NCBI GenBank assembly: GCA_041687035.1
Contig: JAWLCS010000008.1
Coordinates: forward strand, 12,605-76,604
Length of the DNA stretch: 64,000 nucleotides
Source: Bacteroidales bacterium
Lineage (GTDB): Bacteria; Bacteroidota; Bacteroidia; Bacteroidales; UBA7960
Direction of reading: 5' to 3'
Position numbers and translations under genes: made by a program. The notes under the pieces were generated by a model. It had not been told where the DNA came from. It ran no database searches and saw only the letters and a program-made list of their open reading frames with translations. Of this stretch, positions 63,202 through 64,000 are shown one piece after another. Each line of letters begins with the position of its first letter. Within the stretch, counting starts at the first letter, position 1.

Positions 63202-64000
63202 TTAGCGGGGTACAACCACATTCAAAGATAGTGGATTCACTTTTACATGCAAAACCTTTCCGGCTTCGAGGGGCTCCCCATCTACATGGCAGTTCTCATC
63301 AGCCTCCTGCACCACAGTAATCTCGGGGGTTTTGATATATTCCACGTAGTGGGTGCGGTTTATCAGCTTAAACATGAGCAGTTGGCCCAGCAAGGGTGCT
63401 TCAATCAGGGGCACCTTCGACATAATGCAGATATCGAGCAGGCCATCGTCGGCTTTGGCATCAGGGGCAATAATGGCGTTGTTGCCAAACTGGTTGCTGT
63501 TGGCAAAGGTAATGAGCAGGGCCTTGCGGGTAATTTCCCCGCCCTGGTATTTCAGCTTATAGGTGCGGGCTTTGTACCTGGGATATTCTTCGAGCACCAG
63601 TTTAAAATACGACCAGAAGCCGCGGCGTTCAACCTTGCCAAATTCTTTGGCCACCTGTGCATCGAAGCCTGCCCCGGCCACATTGCAGAAGAAATGCCCG
63701 TTAAGGGTGCCGGTGTCTATTTTTTTTGTGTGGAATTGGTTCAGGCACTCCACGGCCCGGTCGAGGTTGGTGGGAATATGCAAGTAGTGCGCCAGCCCGT
63801 TGCCCGATCCGGTGGGGATGATGCCCAATCGGGTGGGAGTATTTACCAGCCCTGCGCCGGCTTCATTCACTGATCCATCGCCACCCACAGCCACCACCAT
63901 ATCGAGCCCTGCGTTTGCCGCCTGCCGGCTGAGCTCCTCCACATGGCCTGCATGCTGCGAAAAGACCATTTCGTGGCTGAAGTGCTTGCGGTCGAGCTTT
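63202..64000 (-). CDS. Diacylglycerol/lipid kinase family protein (YegS/BmrU type), N-terminus beyond the window edge
   Basis: Motifs VVAVGGDGSVNEAG and GIIPTGSGNGLA. The reading frame stays open to the window end, so the gene is partial. Confidence 0.8.
   Translation of the reverse strand, partial: KLDRKHFSHEMVFSQHAGHVEELSRQAANAGLDMVVAVGGDGSVNEAGAGLVNTPTRLGIIPTGSGNGLAHYLHIPTNLDRAVECLNQFHTKKIDTGTLNGHFFCNVAGAGFDAQVAKEFGKVERRGFWSYFKLVLEEYPRYKARTYKLKYQGGEITRKALLITFANSNQFGNNAIIAPDAKADDGLLDICIMSKVPLIEAPLLGQLLMFKLINRTHYVEYIKTPEITVVQEADENCHVDGEPLEAGKVLHVKVNPLSLNVVVPR

Noticed and set aside
1-64000. tRNA, rRNA, tmRNA, prophage, integrase/transposase, restriction-modification or known defence-system genes
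   Set aside because: I scanned the larger intergenic regions (4145-4335, 12513-12970, 19264-19857, 20896-21263, 45910-46194, 49705-50202, 50857-51180) and all ORF translations. I found no cloverleaf-like or rRNA-like sequence and no recombinase, nuclease or methylase signatures. HigBA is the only mobile-type module. A tRNAscan, Infernal and defence-finder run would be needed to be certain.

Overview
This 64-kb chromosomal segment looks like an anaerobic, peptide-fermenting member of the Bacteroidota. The clues are TAnnTTTG-type promoter boxes, A/C-rich leaders without Shine-Dalgarno sequences, and many lipoprotein or signal peptides. I call about 50 protein-coding genes. I found no rRNA, tRNA, CRISPR array, transposase or integrase. 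Housekeeping genes include a class-III aminotransferase, a LysM glucosaminidase, rsmG, recA, arfB, truA, a SUI1/YciH homologue and a lipid kinase cut by the window end. Accessory or lifestyle genes are: (i) a tightly packed three-gene operon of a secreted protein, an exported TPR-CHAT protease and an output-less CHASE2-like membrane protein; (ii) exported peptidases (S9, M15, M28, tricorn-like, M3 Dcp) with an NSS transporter; (iii) a HigBA toxin-antitoxin pair; (iv) a DmsABC-type molybdoenzyme operon ending in mobA; (v) a CzcCBA-type RND metal-efflux operon preceded by two His-rich small proteins; (vi) a GH2 beta-mannosidase, an amidase and an AI-2E transporter. The most interesting block is 46.2-59.6 kb. 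It holds two paralogous multimeric [FeFe]-hydrogenase loci separated by rex. Locus 1 has a truncated NuoF-like subunit and an atypical TSCSPGW H-cluster motif. Locus 2 is a canonical HydABC type and is preceded by a co-directional seven-gene cassette (DRTGG, HATPase, sensory hydrogenase-like Fe-S protein, DRTGG, PHP, HATPase, 2Fe-2S ferredoxin) whose signalling logic has no obvious output domain. Non-coding oddities include a hairpin-cluster repeat family present at two loci with one compensatory base-pair change, a ~150-nt imperfect inverted repeat, and a 12-unit octamer tandem array inside the dmsA-dmsB spacer. All calls come from reading the ORF translations and the DNA by eye. Small-motif coordinates were hand-counted and may be off by 1-2 nt. 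No database search or GC computation was run.
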